From: Candidatus Multivoradales bacterium
Lineage (GTDB): Bacteria > Acidobacteriota > Thermoanaerobaculia > Multivoradales > JAHEKO01
Direction of reading: 5' to 3'
Assembly (NCBI GenBank): GCA_965223155.1
Contig: CBDCVR010000013.1
Span: 918,659 to 982,658 of the forward strand
Length of the DNA stretch: 64,000 bases
Within the stretch, counting starts at the first letter, position 1; every line of letters begins with the position of its first letter. A program made the position numbers and the translations under genes. The notes below the pieces were generated by a model, which did not search any database, was not told the origin of the DNA, and saw only the letters and a program-made list of their open reading frames with translations. This document shows, in pieces, positions 17,520 through 26,773 of this stretch.

Positions 17520-19454
17520 ATGCTTCGATCCGGCCGCGCCCCAAGCCATCGTTTCGCCTGGGTACTCGCGGTCGCTGCCGGTCCCGCTCTCGCCGGGGGC
17601 CAGGTCCCTTCGGTGCCCGCCGGATACGTTCCCGACGCCGCGTGTCGAGCGTGCCACCGGGAGGTCTACGACGCGTACCAGCACGTCGGCATGGCCAAGT
17701 CCTTCTCCCGGCCCCGAACCGACCGCCTGATCGAGGACTTCTCCACCGGCTATTACCACAAGCCGTCCGAACGCCACTACCGGGTGGAACAACGGGACGA
17801 CGAGCTCTACTTCATCCGCTTCCAGCTCGATCCGAACGGCGGCGAGATCAACCGTGTCGAGCTCCGCATCGACTGGATCCTGGGCTCCGGACACACCAGC
17901 CGGACCTACCTTTACCAGACCGACTCGGGCGAGCTCTACCAGCTACCGATCGCCTGGTATTCGCAGACTTCCCGCTGGGCGATGGCTCCGGGCTTCGAGG
18001 CGGCGGATCACCTGGGGCTCACCCGCCGCGTTCGCCGCGAATGCATGTTCTGCCACAACGCCTACCCTGGACCCGTGGACGATGCCGACGGCGCCGCGGC
18101 CGGCGGCTACTGGTCGGGCAACCGCTATCCGACCAACCTGCCGGAGGGGACGGGATGTCAACGCTGTCACGGTCCTGGAGCCGACCACATCCGGCTCGGT
18201 GTTGCGGGCGTCGAAGCCTGGGAGATCCGCTCGGCGATCGTCAACCCGGCCCGGCTCGACCCGAAGCTGGCGGCCGACGTCTGCTACTCCTGCCACCTCC
18301 AGCCCTCGGTGGCCCTCGTCGGGATCCGGAGATTCAACCGGCCGGTCTACTCGTTCCGGCCCGGCGAGCCCCTGCACGACTATCTGGTCTCGGTGGACGT
18401 CGAAGAGCGCGATCGCGACAAGGCCGACCGGTTCGAGATCAATCACCATCCCTACCGCCTCGGGCAGAGCGCCTGCTTCCTGCGGAGCGAGGGGCGCTTG
18501 GGCTGCACCACCTGCCACGATCCTCACCGCAAGGTGGCGCCGGCCGAGCGCATCGCCCACTACCGGGCCGCGTGCCAATCCTGCCACGAACCAGATGCCT
18601 GCGGGCTCGACCACGGTGCTGGCGGGCCGGAGGCGGCCGCTGCCGCCACGAGCCCGGACGACTGCACCGCCTGCCACATGCCCCGGCGGCGCACCCAGGA
18701 CGTGATCGAGGTGGTGATGACCGACCACAAGATCCGCCGCCGGCCGGGCGGGCCGGAGCTGGTCGCGCCTATCGCCAAGCGCGAACCGGCCCTGGTCGGA
18801 GTGACTCTGCTGCATCCCAAGACCGCCCCGTCCGGAGCCCGGGGCGAGGTCTATCGGGCAGCGGCCACCGCCCGGGTCGCGCCGACCCGAGACGCCATCG
18901 AGCACCTGCGCCGCGAGCTGCCGAAGGCCGGAATCCAGAGCTCGATTCCCCATCTCGACCTCGCCGCGGCTCTGCTCAAGAGCCAGCGCTGGGCGGACGT
19001 TCCGGACGCGCTGGCGCCGGTGCTGTCGACCGAAGCCGACCATCCGCTCGCACTCGAGTGGCTGGGCACGGCCCGGGTCCGAACCGGGGCCGTCGAGGAA
19101 GGAATCCAACTGCTGCGGCGGGCGCTGGCGGGGAATGCCGAGCGGCCCGAGACGCACTTCAACCTCGCCCTCTTCCTGTTGCAGCAAGAGCGCACGGCGG
19201 ACGCGGAGGCTGAGCTCGAGCGGGCTCTCGAGTTGCGCCCCAACCTCGCCGCCGCCTGGTATTACCTGGGACACATTCGCCACGGGCGGGGCGAGCTCGA
19301 AACCGCCGTCGACGCCTTCAAACAGGCCCTGGCGATCGACCCCAGCTTCGGGCGCGCCTACACCGGCATTGTGCGCTCGCTGACCGCGGCCGGCAGGTCC
19401 GGCGAGGCGGATCGGTACCTGGCCCACGGCCGGGCGGTGGCTAGGAGCCCATAG
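17520..19454 (+). CDS. Secreted multihaem (7 CxxCH) cytochrome c fused to C-terminal TPR repeats
   Basis: Signal peptide, then CRACH, CMFCH, CQRCH, CYSCH, CTTCH, CQSCH and CTACH. The C-terminus has TPR-like repeats (AEAELERALELRPNLAAAWYYLGHI..., AVDAFKQALAIDPSFGRAY). Confidence 0.85.
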   Translation: MLRSGRAPSHRFAWVLAVAAGPALAGGQVPSVPAGYVPDAACRACHREVYDAYQHVGMAKSFSRPRTDRLIEDFSTGYYHKPSERHYRVEQRDDELYFIRFQLDPNGGEINRVELRIDWILGSGHTSRTYLYQTDSGELYQLPIAWYSQTSRWAMAPGFEAADHLGLTRRVRRECMFCHNAYPGPVDDADGAAAGGYWSGNRYPTNLPEGTGCQRCHGPGADHIRLGVAGVEAWEIRSAIVNPARLDPKLAADVCYSCHLQPSVALVGIRRFNRPVYSFRPGEPLHDYLVSVDVEERDRDKADRFEINHHPYRLGQSACFLRSEGRLGCTTCHDPHRKVAPAERIAHYRAACQSCHEPDACGLDHGAGGPEAAAAATSPDDCTACHMPRRRTQDVIEVVMTDHKIRRRPGGPELVAPIAKREPALVGVTLLHPKTAPSGARGEVYRAAATARVAPTRDAIEHLRRELPKAGIQSSIPHLDLAAALLKSQRWADVPDALAPVLSTEADHPLALEWLGTARVRTGAVEEGIQLLRRALAGNAERPETHFNLALFLLQQERTADAEAELERALELRPNLAAAWYYLGHIRHGRGELETAVDAFKQALAIDPSFGRAYTGIVRSLTAAGRSGEADRYLAHGRAVARSP

Positions 19455-19520
19455 TAGAGACCGGAGTTTGGTCACCGGCGGGGCCAACGGTTCCGGCTAG
19501 GAGCCTGGAAGAGTCCCTGG

Positions 19521-20465
19521 CTAGGCTCGCGTCGAGTTCCTCGGCGTGGCCGGCGCCGCCTCCAACACCCGAGCCGTGTGCCGGGCCCGCTCGATCCAGA
19601 AGGCACGGATACGAGACGGCCCGACACCAGCCACGAGCCGGTCGGCACTTCGCCGGGCCTCAGCCGCCAGCCAGTGGACGGTATCGGCCGGCGCTTGTCC
19701 CAGGAGGGCCCGCAGAGCGTAGCGGCGCTCGGCTTGCCGTGCCACGACGCCGAGGGCTCGAGCGCAGCGTTCGAGGTCCGAGCGCACCACCAGGAAGCCC
19801 GACCGGACCGGGGCCAGCAAGGCGTCGAGAAGATCGTCGAGACTCTCCGCATCCTCGGGCAACGGCCTGTTGGCCCGCAGAGGAAGCGGCAGCTCGCCTC
19901 CGGCCGGCAGGGTCGCGAGCTCCGCTTCCAAGGCTCGCCCCAGCAGCCGACCCCAGTCTTCGTAGACGGGGGTGGCAAGCTCGTCCAGCTTGTCCAGGAA
20001 AGGCGGCAGCCAGCTCGCCAGGTGCTCCCAGAGGAGGGCTTGGCGCGCGCTCCGAATCTTCGCTCTGAGCCCCTCCCGAGGCCGTCCGTCGCCGGCGCCG
20101 TCCCGGTCCTCTCGATCGTCCCAGTTCTCGCGATCCTCGCGATCGGGCCGGTCGGACTCGGCCTCGGCATCCAGCAGGGCGGCGTACTGGCCCAGCAGTA
20201 CCGGCAAGTGATCGGGCTCGGGGACCGGCGTCTGACCGAGGGCGCGCCAGAAGCCGGCGACGCGATCCCGGGCCTCGCCGCCCAGCATCCCTTCTTCGCC
20301 CAGGTACACCGAGGCGTAGGGATAGAGCTGGAGTACGAAGAGCTCCGTGTAGCGCGCGGCGGACGGTTGCTCCAGGCCGAGCGCCTGGCAAACCGCGGCG
20401 TGCTCCGGAACCGGAGGCTCGGCCAGCACCGCCAAGGCGCGCAGCAGCTCGGCGCGGGCCGCCAT
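19521..20465 (-). CDS. TorD/DmsD-family redox-enzyme maturation chaperone
   Basis: Track ORF 19521..21851 trimmed to ATG 20465 (MAARAELLRALAVL). LFVLQLYPYASVYLGEEG and DHLPVLLGQYAALL are typical of the TorD family. It sits immediately downstream of the molybdoenzyme. Confidence 0.7.
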   Translation of the reverse strand: MAARAELLRALAVLAEPPVPEHAAVCQALGLEQPSAARYTELFVLQLYPYASVYLGEEGMLGGEARDRVAGFWRALGQTPVPEPDHLPVLLGQYAALLDAEAESDRPDREDRENWDDREDRDGAGDGRPREGLRAKIRSARQALLWEHLASWLPPFLDKLDELATPVYEDWGRLLGRALEAELATLPAGGELPLPLRANRPLPEDAESLDDLLDALLAPVRSGFLVVRSDLERCARALGVVARQAERRYALRALLGQAPADTVHWLAAEARRSADRLVAGVGPSRIRAFWIERARHTARVLEAAPATPRNSTRA

Positions 20466-20512
20466 GCCGCGCGAGTCCAAGCCGGCGCCGTGGCCCAAGC
20501 TCAAAACAGGCC

Positions 20513-23479
20513 TCAGGGCAGGCGGAAGGCTTCCTTGACCGGCTTCACGGGACGCATGAGCCAGTGCGGCCGCCGGGTGCCGTCGGGCGAGTGGTCGGCG
20601 GCGGAGCGAGTCTTCGCGAGCCAGTCCTTGTAGACCTCGTGCGCTTTGTCGATGTCCGCCCAGATGTCGCCGTATGCGTCGTCGGGACCGGCCGGCCGCA
20701 CGCGCACCGCCTGGTGCCAGCAGTGCGCGCCCGAGATGGGATCGGGATGCACGGGAAAGGTCAGATTCTGGTGCACGCCGACGTCGCTCCACCAGATCCG
20801 GGAGGTGTCGGGATCGCTCGATGCGTAAGGCCGCGCGCCTCGCCGGCGCCGGATGCTCCAACCGTCCTCGCCGGAGTCCGAGCCCGCCGGCCGGTCGAGC
20901 GCCACGGTGGCCATCAGCTGGCCCTGGCCCTCGGCGGCGTGCTCCTGGAGCTTCCAGCGGCCCATGTGATGCGAGCAGGCCACCACGCCCGGCTTGATTC
21001 CTTCCGTGACCCACGCCTTGACCACGAAGTAGCCGATCTGGGTCTCGACCCGGACCAGATCGCCGGTCTCGACTCCGAGGGGCTCCGCCTGGGAGGGATG
21101 AATCCAGAGCGGGTTGGTGTGGGCGATCTCGTCCAGCCACTTGGCGTTGGCGCTCCGGGTGTGGATCTGCACAGGCAGGCGAAAGGTCGAGATCAGGGTC
21201 GACTGCCCCGGCTCCAGGACCGCCGGATGGACGTGACTCCGGATGTAGGTGGGAACCGCGTATTCCTCCCAGCCCCACCGCGCCAGGGTCGAGGAGTAGA
21301 ACTCCAGCCGTCCGGAGGGCGTCGGAAAACCGCGCAAGATCCGCTCTCCGACCCGTACCCCCACCGGCCGCCGGCCATCGGCGTCGGGCCCGGGCGCACC
21401 GGTGGGAGCCAGGTTCACCGGCGGCGGCGCGGCGGCCCGGGTATAGACGCGGCCGAACTCGTCCTCGGCCGGATCCTCGAGCTGGTCGTCCGCGACGACC
21501 TCCTCGTAGAGCGGGCCGACGTCGGCCGCCACTTCGAACGCACCGTAGCGGCGCATGTACTCGAGCGGCTCGAGTCCCTCGGCGGCGGCGGCCTCGGGCA
21601 GGCCCGGAACCGAGTTCTCGAAGATGTAGCCGTAGTACTCGTCGACCGTGAGCCGGTGCCCCGGTCTCCGCTGCGACTCGACAAAGGACCGAATCCCCAA
21701 CTCGCCGTCGGGATCGATCCGCCAGGAGAGCTCGAGCCAGAACTCGTTCTCCTCCCAGACCTCGCCCGGGTTGACCGCCCGGGTGTCGTCCACCGGCTCG
21801 CCCAGGCGCTCGCGCGCCGCCCGCAGCACCGGCTGCCGGAAGCCGATCCACTGGCCGTCGTGGGTCTCGTACGAGTGCAGGTCGTGGCGCTCCGAGGAGT
21901 GCCCCATGGGCAAGACGTAGTCCGCGAAGTAGGCGGTCTCGTTCCAGGTCGGGGTCAGGGCCACGTGCAGCCCGACCCGCTCCGGATCGGTCAGCATCTC
22001 GATCCAGGAAAACCCGTCCGGGTTGGTCCAGACCGGGTTGTAGACCCGGGAGAAATAGACGTCCAGCCGGCCGCGGCCCTCCTTGACGAGGTGCGGCAAG
22101 AGAAACGACACCTCGTTCATGATGAGGGGATATTCCACCGGCCAGGTCAGCTCGTTCCAGTGCTCGGGGTGGCGTGGCAGACGGATCGGCCGCGGCACGA
22201 ACTTGTTCCAGGCGTTGGGATAGGTCCCGCCGGGGGTCGCGACCGCGCCCAGAAGAGCGTTCAGGAAGAACAGGGTGCGCGACACCTGCCAGCCGCCCTC
22301 GTTGCCGGCGGCGGCACTGCGCCAGTTATGGGTCGAGAGGCGGGTGCCCGCGCCCGCGACGGTCACAGCGACCCGCCGGATCGTGTCGGCATCGACTCCG
22401 GTCTCGGCCGCCGCAAACTCGAAGGTAAAGGCCTCGTACTCGGCTTTCAGCATGCGCTCGAAGTTGGCGAACGTCGGGTCGAGGCCGGGATGGGCAGCCG
22501 CCAGGTACTCCCGCCAGTTGAACCAACGCTCGACAAAGCTCTTGTCGTAGAGGTCGTTCTGGATCAGGTGGTTGGCGATCGCCAGCAGCAGTGCGGCCTC
22601 CGAGCCGGGCTGGGTCGCCAGCCAGAAGTCGGCGTGGGTCGCGGTGTTCGACAACCGGGTGTCAACCACGATCAGCTTGGCGCCGCGTTGCTTGGCCTCG
22701 ATGACACGCTGGGCGTGCGGGTTGAAGTAGTGCCCGGTCTCGAGGTGCGCGCTGACCAAGAGAATCACTTCGGCGCGGGCGTGGTCGGGACTGGGCCGAT
22801 CGATGCCGGTCCAGAACTGGTAGCCCGCCCGGGCGCCGGAAGAACAGATGTTGGTGTGCGAGTTGTGGCCATCCACGCCCCAGGCCGCCAGCAGACGTTC
22901 GGCAAAGCCGTCCTCGCCGGGCCGGCCGACGTGGTACATGACCTCGCCCTGGCGCTCTTCCCGGATGGCCGTCGCGATCCTGGCGGCGATGTCTTCGAGG
23001 GCCTCGTCCCAGGAGACCTGCGTCCAGCGTCCCTGCCCCCGCTCGCCCGCGCGCTTCAGGGGCTGGAGGATGCGGTCGGGGTCGGTGATCTGGTTGTGCG
23101 TCGCCGGACCCTTGGCGCAATTCCTGCCACGCGAGCCTGGATGCTCCGGGTTGCCCTCGAACTTCCGCACCTCCAGGGAATCCCGGTCCACATAGGCCAG
23201 GAGCCCGCAGGCGGACTCACAGTTGAAACAGGTGGTGGGCACCAGCATGTAGTGCTTCTCCACCCGCCGGGGCCAGGACTTTGCGTCCAGCTCGACCCAG
23301 TCGTCCCAACGTTCCTTGGGAGGAAACGAAGCCAGATGCACGCGGCTGGCCCCCGGATAGAAGGTCTCGCCTCGGGCCTCGGTGTCTCGCCGGGCGGCGC
23401 TCACCCTGCGGCCGAGGGCCTCGAGGCCGGCGTCGGGCCGGGCTCCGGCGGTATCGGCGCGCCCGTCGTTGCCACTCAT
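20513..23479 (-). CDS. Molybdopterin (bis-MGD) oxidoreductase catalytic subunit, Psr/Phs/Soe-like, no Tat signal
   Basis: Trimmed to ATG 23479, with an ATGA overlap with the upstream gene. N-terminal FeS motif CFNCESACGLL...NCAKG, then typical MopB blocks (VMYHVGRPGEDG, HTNICSSG, KLIVVDTRLSNTA, HSSERHD) and a C-terminal MGD-binding beta-barrel (NPLWIHP...GDLVRVETQIGYFVVKAWVTEGIKPGVV). Confidence 0.85.
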   Translation of the reverse strand: MSGNDGRADTAGARPDAGLEALGRRVSAARRDTEARGETFYPGASRVHLASFPPKERWDDWVELDAKSWPRRVEKHYMLVPTTCFNCESACGLLAYVDRDSLEVRKFEGNPEHPGSRGRNCAKGPATHNQITDPDRILQPLKRAGERGQGRWTQVSWDEALEDIAARIATAIREERQGEVMYHVGRPGEDGFAERLLAAWGVDGHNSHTNICSSGARAGYQFWTGIDRPSPDHARAEVILLVSAHLETGHYFNPHAQRVIEAKQRGAKLIVVDTRLSNTATHADFWLATQPGSEAALLLAIANHLIQNDLYDKSFVERWFNWREYLAAAHPGLDPTFANFERMLKAEYEAFTFEFAAAETGVDADTIRRVAVTVAGAGTRLSTHNWRSAAAGNEGGWQVSRTLFFLNALLGAVATPGGTYPNAWNKFVPRPIRLPRHPEHWNELTWPVEYPLIMNEVSFLLPHLVKEGRGRLDVYFSRVYNPVWTNPDGFSWIEMLTDPERVGLHVALTPTWNETAYFADYVLPMGHSSERHDLHSYETHDGQWIGFRQPVLRAARERLGEPVDDTRAVNPGEVWEENEFWLELSWRIDPDGELGIRSFVESQRRPGHRLTVDEYYGYIFENSVPGLPEAAAAEGLEPLEYMRRYGAFEVAADVGPLYEEVVADDQLEDPAEDEFGRVYTRAAAPPPVNLAPTGAPGPDADGRRPVGVRVGERILRGFPTPSGRLEFYSSTLARWGWEEYAVPTYIRSHVHPAVLEPGQSTLISTFRLPVQIHTRSANAKWLDEIAHTNPLWIHPSQAEPLGVETGDLVRVETQIGYFVVKAWVTEGIKPGVVACSHHMGRWKLQEHAAEGQGQLMATVALDRPAGSDSGEDGWSIRRRRGARPYASSDPDTSRIWWSDVGVHQNLTFPVHPDPISGAHCWHQAVRVRPAGPDDAYGDIWADIDKAHEVYKDWLAKTRSAADHSPDGTRRPHWLMRPVKPVKEAFRLP

Positions 23480-25116
23480 GCCAGAGGCACCGCCTGGCCC
23501 GCTTGCACGTAGGCGTGCTCGTAGGCGAGAAGTCCGGCGAGCGCCGCCAAGGCGGCCAGCGACAGCAAGCCCGCCGAGCCGGCCGGGGGCAGCGTGCCCA
23601 GCACGCCCAGCATGCTGGGCCAGGGGGCCGCCGCGGCCAGCGCGACCAGGACGAGACTCGCCCGGAACCAGGCCCTGAAGCGGCCCGAGGTCATCTCCCA
23701 GGACGCCAGCCGGGCGTGGGCGGTCGCGTGCGGCAGAGTCACCTCGCCCAAGACCAGGAGCAAATGAACCGCCGCACCGATGCCCACGATGCGGGTCAGA
23801 CCCAGAACCGCGCTCGGCTCGACGACAAAGGCCAGCGGCAGCAGCGCGGCCCCGCCGGCTAGCAGCGACTGCACCAGCAGATGGGGCGGCAGAAGCGGGC
23901 TCTGCCAGAGGTCGCGCGCCTTGGACTGGGCGAAGAGGTAGGCGGTGTAGACCGCGGTGAGCACGGCCAGCGGCACGCCCACGACCGCGATCCATCCCTG
24001 CGGGCCGGCACGGCCGGCGAGACCAGCCAGCAAATGGAGACCAAGAACCACGGAGTAGCCGGCAATCGCGAACGCTCCCCGTACCAGCCAACTCCGCCAG
24101 TGGGGACGGGTGAAGATGAGATAGAAGCGCGCGGGCTTGTCCAGATCCCAGATCAGGAGGAGCCCGGTAAGCGCCAGAAACACCGCGCCCACGATCGGCG
24201 CCGCCCAGACCCAGAGCGCGCTGTGAGCCGGGATGGCGCCGCTCGCCACGAGCAGGAGCGCCGCCAGATAGGCGCCGGCGGCAACGCCCTTGGTCAAGGT
24301 GTAGAGACTGACCCGCCAATCCCAGGGGGCCTTGTGCGGAACGTCGTAGGCCAGGACCGCGGCCGCGGACGAGTTGCCCGCCAGGCCGCGGCCGTCAGGG
24401 CTCCCTGGCGCATCGGCCGGAGAACCCGACACCACCCGGCCGGCTCCGGTCGTCTGCTCGCTCCACAGGAACATCTCGCCGGCCGGCCGTTCGGCCGCCA
24501 GCGGATCCAGGGTCGCCTGGTGCGCGCCCCGGTAGAACAGCTTGGGATGGGTCTCCTTCTCCGGCCGGCGCACGCTGACCGGCTCGCGATAGACGGTCTG
24601 CGCCACCCGGGAGTCGCGGTCGTTCAGGTCCCCGACCGCGATCGCCTCGGTCGGACAGACGACCACGCACGCCGGCTCCAGGCCGACGTCGATCCGGTGC
24701 GCGCAGAAGTTGCACTTCTCGGCAGTGTGATCCTCGGGATTGATGAAGATGGCGTCGTAGGGACAGGCGGCGATGCAGGCCTTGCAGCCAATGCAGACGT
24801 CCTTGTCGAAGTCCACGATGCCGTCGGGCCGGGCGTACATGGCCGTCGTCGGACAGGCATGGGTACAGGGAGCGTCCGCGCACTGGTTGCAACGCGTGAC
24901 CTGAAACGACCGCCGCACTTGCGGAAAGAGGCCCACGTCCACGTACTTGACGTAGGTCCGGTGGACGCCGAGCGGAACCTCGTTTTCCGACTTGCAGGCG
25001 GTCGAGCACGCGTGGCAGCCGATGCAGCTCTCGTGATCGACGACCTTGGCCCAGCGGGCGGCGGCCGCTCCTCCGCTCTCGTCCGACACGGCCGCACGAT
25101 CGAGCGTCGACGCCAC
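23476..25116 (-). CDS. Fused 4Fe-4S ferredoxin (PsrB/DmsB-like) and NrfD/PsrC-like membrane quinone-interacting subunit
   Basis: The N-terminal half has four Cys clusters (CIGCHACSTAC, CNQCADAPC, CIGCKACIAACP, CNFCAHR...CVVVCP). The C-terminal half has about 8 TM helices (WRVSLYTLTKGVAAGAYL, LDKPARFYLIFTRPHWRSWLVRGAF). Confidence 0.8.
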   Translation of the reverse strand: MASTLDRAAVSDESGGAAAARWAKVVDHESCIGCHACSTACKSENEVPLGVHRTYVKYVDVGLFPQVRRSFQVTRCNQCADAPCTHACPTTAMYARPDGIVDFDKDVCIGCKACIAACPYDAIFINPEDHTAEKCNFCAHRIDVGLEPACVVVCPTEAIAVGDLNDRDSRVAQTVYREPVSVRRPEKETHPKLFYRGAHQATLDPLAAERPAGEMFLWSEQTTGAGRVVSGSPADAPGSPDGRGLAGNSSAAAVLAYDVPHKAPWDWRVSLYTLTKGVAAGAYLAALLLVASGAIPAHSALWVWAAPIVGAVFLALTGLLLIWDLDKPARFYLIFTRPHWRSWLVRGAFAIAGYSVVLGLHLLAGLAGRAGPQGWIAVVGVPLAVLTAVYTAYLFAQSKARDLWQSPLLPPHLLVQSLLAGGAALLPLAFVVEPSAVLGLTRIVGIGAAVHLLLVLGEVTLPHATAHARLASWEMTSGRFRAWFRASLVLVALAAAAPWPSMLGVLGTLPPAGSAGLLSLAALAALAGLLAYEHAYVQAGQAVPLA

Positions 25117-25136
25117 CGGCTAGCCCGATCTTCCGC

Positions 25137-25553
25137 TCAATGGGGCAGCCGGGAGCGCAGCGCTCCATACGTCCAGGTGCCCAGCATGGCCGCTGCCAGC
25201 ACCGCCAGCATCACCCAGATTCCGTGGCCGAGAAGAGCGAAGATGGGGCCCGGACAGGCGCCGATCAGCCCCCAGCCCAGGCCGAAGCAGCATCCGCCGA
25301 TCCAGTACCGATGGCCTTTGTCCAACACCTTGGCGGGAATGTGGATGGGTTCGCCGCCCAACGCCCTGAGCTCCAACCGCCGCACGACCTGGATGCCGAG
25401 CAAAGCCACGGCGACTCCGGTTCCCAGAACCCCGTACATGTGAAAGCTCTCGAACCGAAACATCTCTTGAATGCGAAACCAGGAAATGATCTGGGACTGG
25501 GTGGCGACCACCCCGAAGTAGATCCCGGCCAGGAAGTACGGAACGAGCCTCAC
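25137..25553 (-). CDS. YeeE/YedE-family sulfur-compound transporter, half-size subunit
   Basis: GTG start in a GTGA overlap with the upstream gene. IGGCCFGLGWGLIGACPGP motif, 4 TM. Confidence 0.8.
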   Translation of the reverse strand: MRLVPYFLAGIYFGVVATQSQIISWFRIQEMFRFESFHMYGVLGTGVAVALLGIQVVRRLELRALGGEPIHIPAKVLDKGHRYWIGGCCFGLGWGLIGACPGPIFALLGHGIWVMLAVLAAAMLGTWTYGALRSRLPH

Positions 25554-26122
25554 CCCAGCATCCTCAGAAGAATCGGCAGGATCAAGCGACTCGAGACCAG
25601 GCCGCCGGCGAAAAACCCCAGCACCGCCAGGAGCGAGCCCACCTGGAGGTTGGCGAGTCCCGAGATGGCATGGCCCGAGGTACAGCCGCCCGCGTAGCGC
25701 GCGCCGAAGCCGACGAGGAAGGCCCCGCCAACGACGATGAGAAAGCCCGGCAGGGTCGCCAGAGCGGGCCAGGTAAAGAGCTCGGCCGGCACCGGTCCGG
25801 ACAGATCGCTGAGGCCGTGCTCGGTGACGAAGCTAGCCGTCGCCGGGGCGATCTCTACCTGGTGCGATCCTCCCAGCCAGGTGGCCGCCAGCCAGCCGCC
25901 GGCAATGATGCCCGCGGCGAAGACCAGGTTCCACAGGCCCGTGCCCAGCCAGTCATACCGGAAGAACTCCTGGCGGGTCGGTAGCAGCGCCGCGCACAAG
26001 TGGCGCATATTGCTGGAGATGCCGAACATCTTGCCGCCCACGAGCAGCAGCAGCGGCACCGTCAACCCGACGAGGGGGCCGGCGACATACCAGGGCCAGG
26101 GCTGCGCGAGAGTCTCCAACAC
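25550..26122 (-). CDS. YeeE/YedE-family sulfur-compound transporter, half-size subunit
   Basis: [30 protein letters not shown] motif, multi-TM. Confidence 0.8.
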   Translation of the reverse strand: MLETLAQPWPWYVAGPLVGLTVPLLLLVGGKMFGISSNMRHLCAALLPTRQEFFRYDWLGTGLWNLVFAAGIIAGGWLAATWLGGSHQVEIAPATASFVTEHGLSDLSGPVPAELFTWPALATLPGFLIVVGGAFLVGFGARYAGGCTSGHAISGLANLQVGSLLAVLGFFAGGLVSSRLILPILLRMLG

Positions 26123-26206
26123 GTCCGTACCAGGGTGCCCGAAAGGTATCCGGTCTCCCGATCGACTGCAAGAGCCAGCGACCTCACCAACCCTCGTGCC
26201 TCGGGA

Positions 26207-26734
26207 TCAGCCATAGGTCCTTCCTCGATGCCGGATCCAGCCGTCCTGATGCCGGCCCTGGGGATCGTGGTGGGTCCAGTGAATCACGCCCCCGCGCTGG
26301 TTCCACTCGTACTCTCCCCGCACCTCGACTGAATCGCCGCGGCGCAAGGGCACCCGGTCGGCCAAGTCGATGTTGTGGGCAACGAGCACGGTGTGCCCAC
26401 CGGCCAGCTCGAGGATAAAACGCTGATGGCGCGATCCCTTGAGGTCGTCGGCGAGCACACGGCTCACCTTCCCCGGCACGGTGACCAGGACATCGGACCG
26501 CCGCTCGGCAAAGGCTCGCTCGATGAGGCTCTCGGAGCTCGAACCCCGACCGTCGGCGGATGGAACCGGGGCCGGAACCGAGGACGGCTCAGTCCCCCGC
26601 TCGACCGGAGCCGGAGACCCCGAGGAGCCCAGCCAACCGCCGACTCGCTGGAGCACTTGCACGCCGAAGAAGACCGCGAGCACCAGAGCCATGGCCAGCA
26701 CCCGGCGGGAAACGAACGGAGCGGGCAATCTCAT
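26207..26734 (-). CDS. DUF3465-family secreted/anchored protein
   Basis: N-terminal TM/signal, then [40 protein letters not shown]...[27 protein letters not shown], which matches my memory of the DUF3465 signature. Confidence 0.7.
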   Translation of the reverse strand: MRLPAPFVSRRVLAMALVLAVFFGVQVLQRVGGWLGSSGSPAPVERGTEPSSVPAPVPSADGRGSSSESLIERAFAERRSDVLVTVPGKVSRVLADDLKGSRHQRFILELAGGHTVLVAHNIDLADRVPLRRGDSVEVRGEYEWNQRGGVIHWTHHDPQGRHQDGWIRHRGRTYG

Positions 26735-26773
26735 CGCGTCTTCATCCTTCGAGGCCTCCGGCGGGGCGCTTGG

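Noticed and set aside
20466-21851. N-terminal 462 codons of track ORF 19521..21851
   Set aside because: This part overlaps the 3' half of the Mo-enzyme gene in another frame and is Arg/Gly-rich. The TorD-like sequence begins at ATG 20465.
20513-23479. Selenocysteine recoding in the molybdoenzyme
   Set aside because: The ORF is uninterrupted and has no in-frame TGA. No SECIS-like requirement is evident.
20564-23512. 982-aa plus-strand ORF
   Set aside because: It is exactly antisense to the molybdopterin oxidoreductase, which carries clear family motifs. The composition is Arg/Gly/Pro-dominated.
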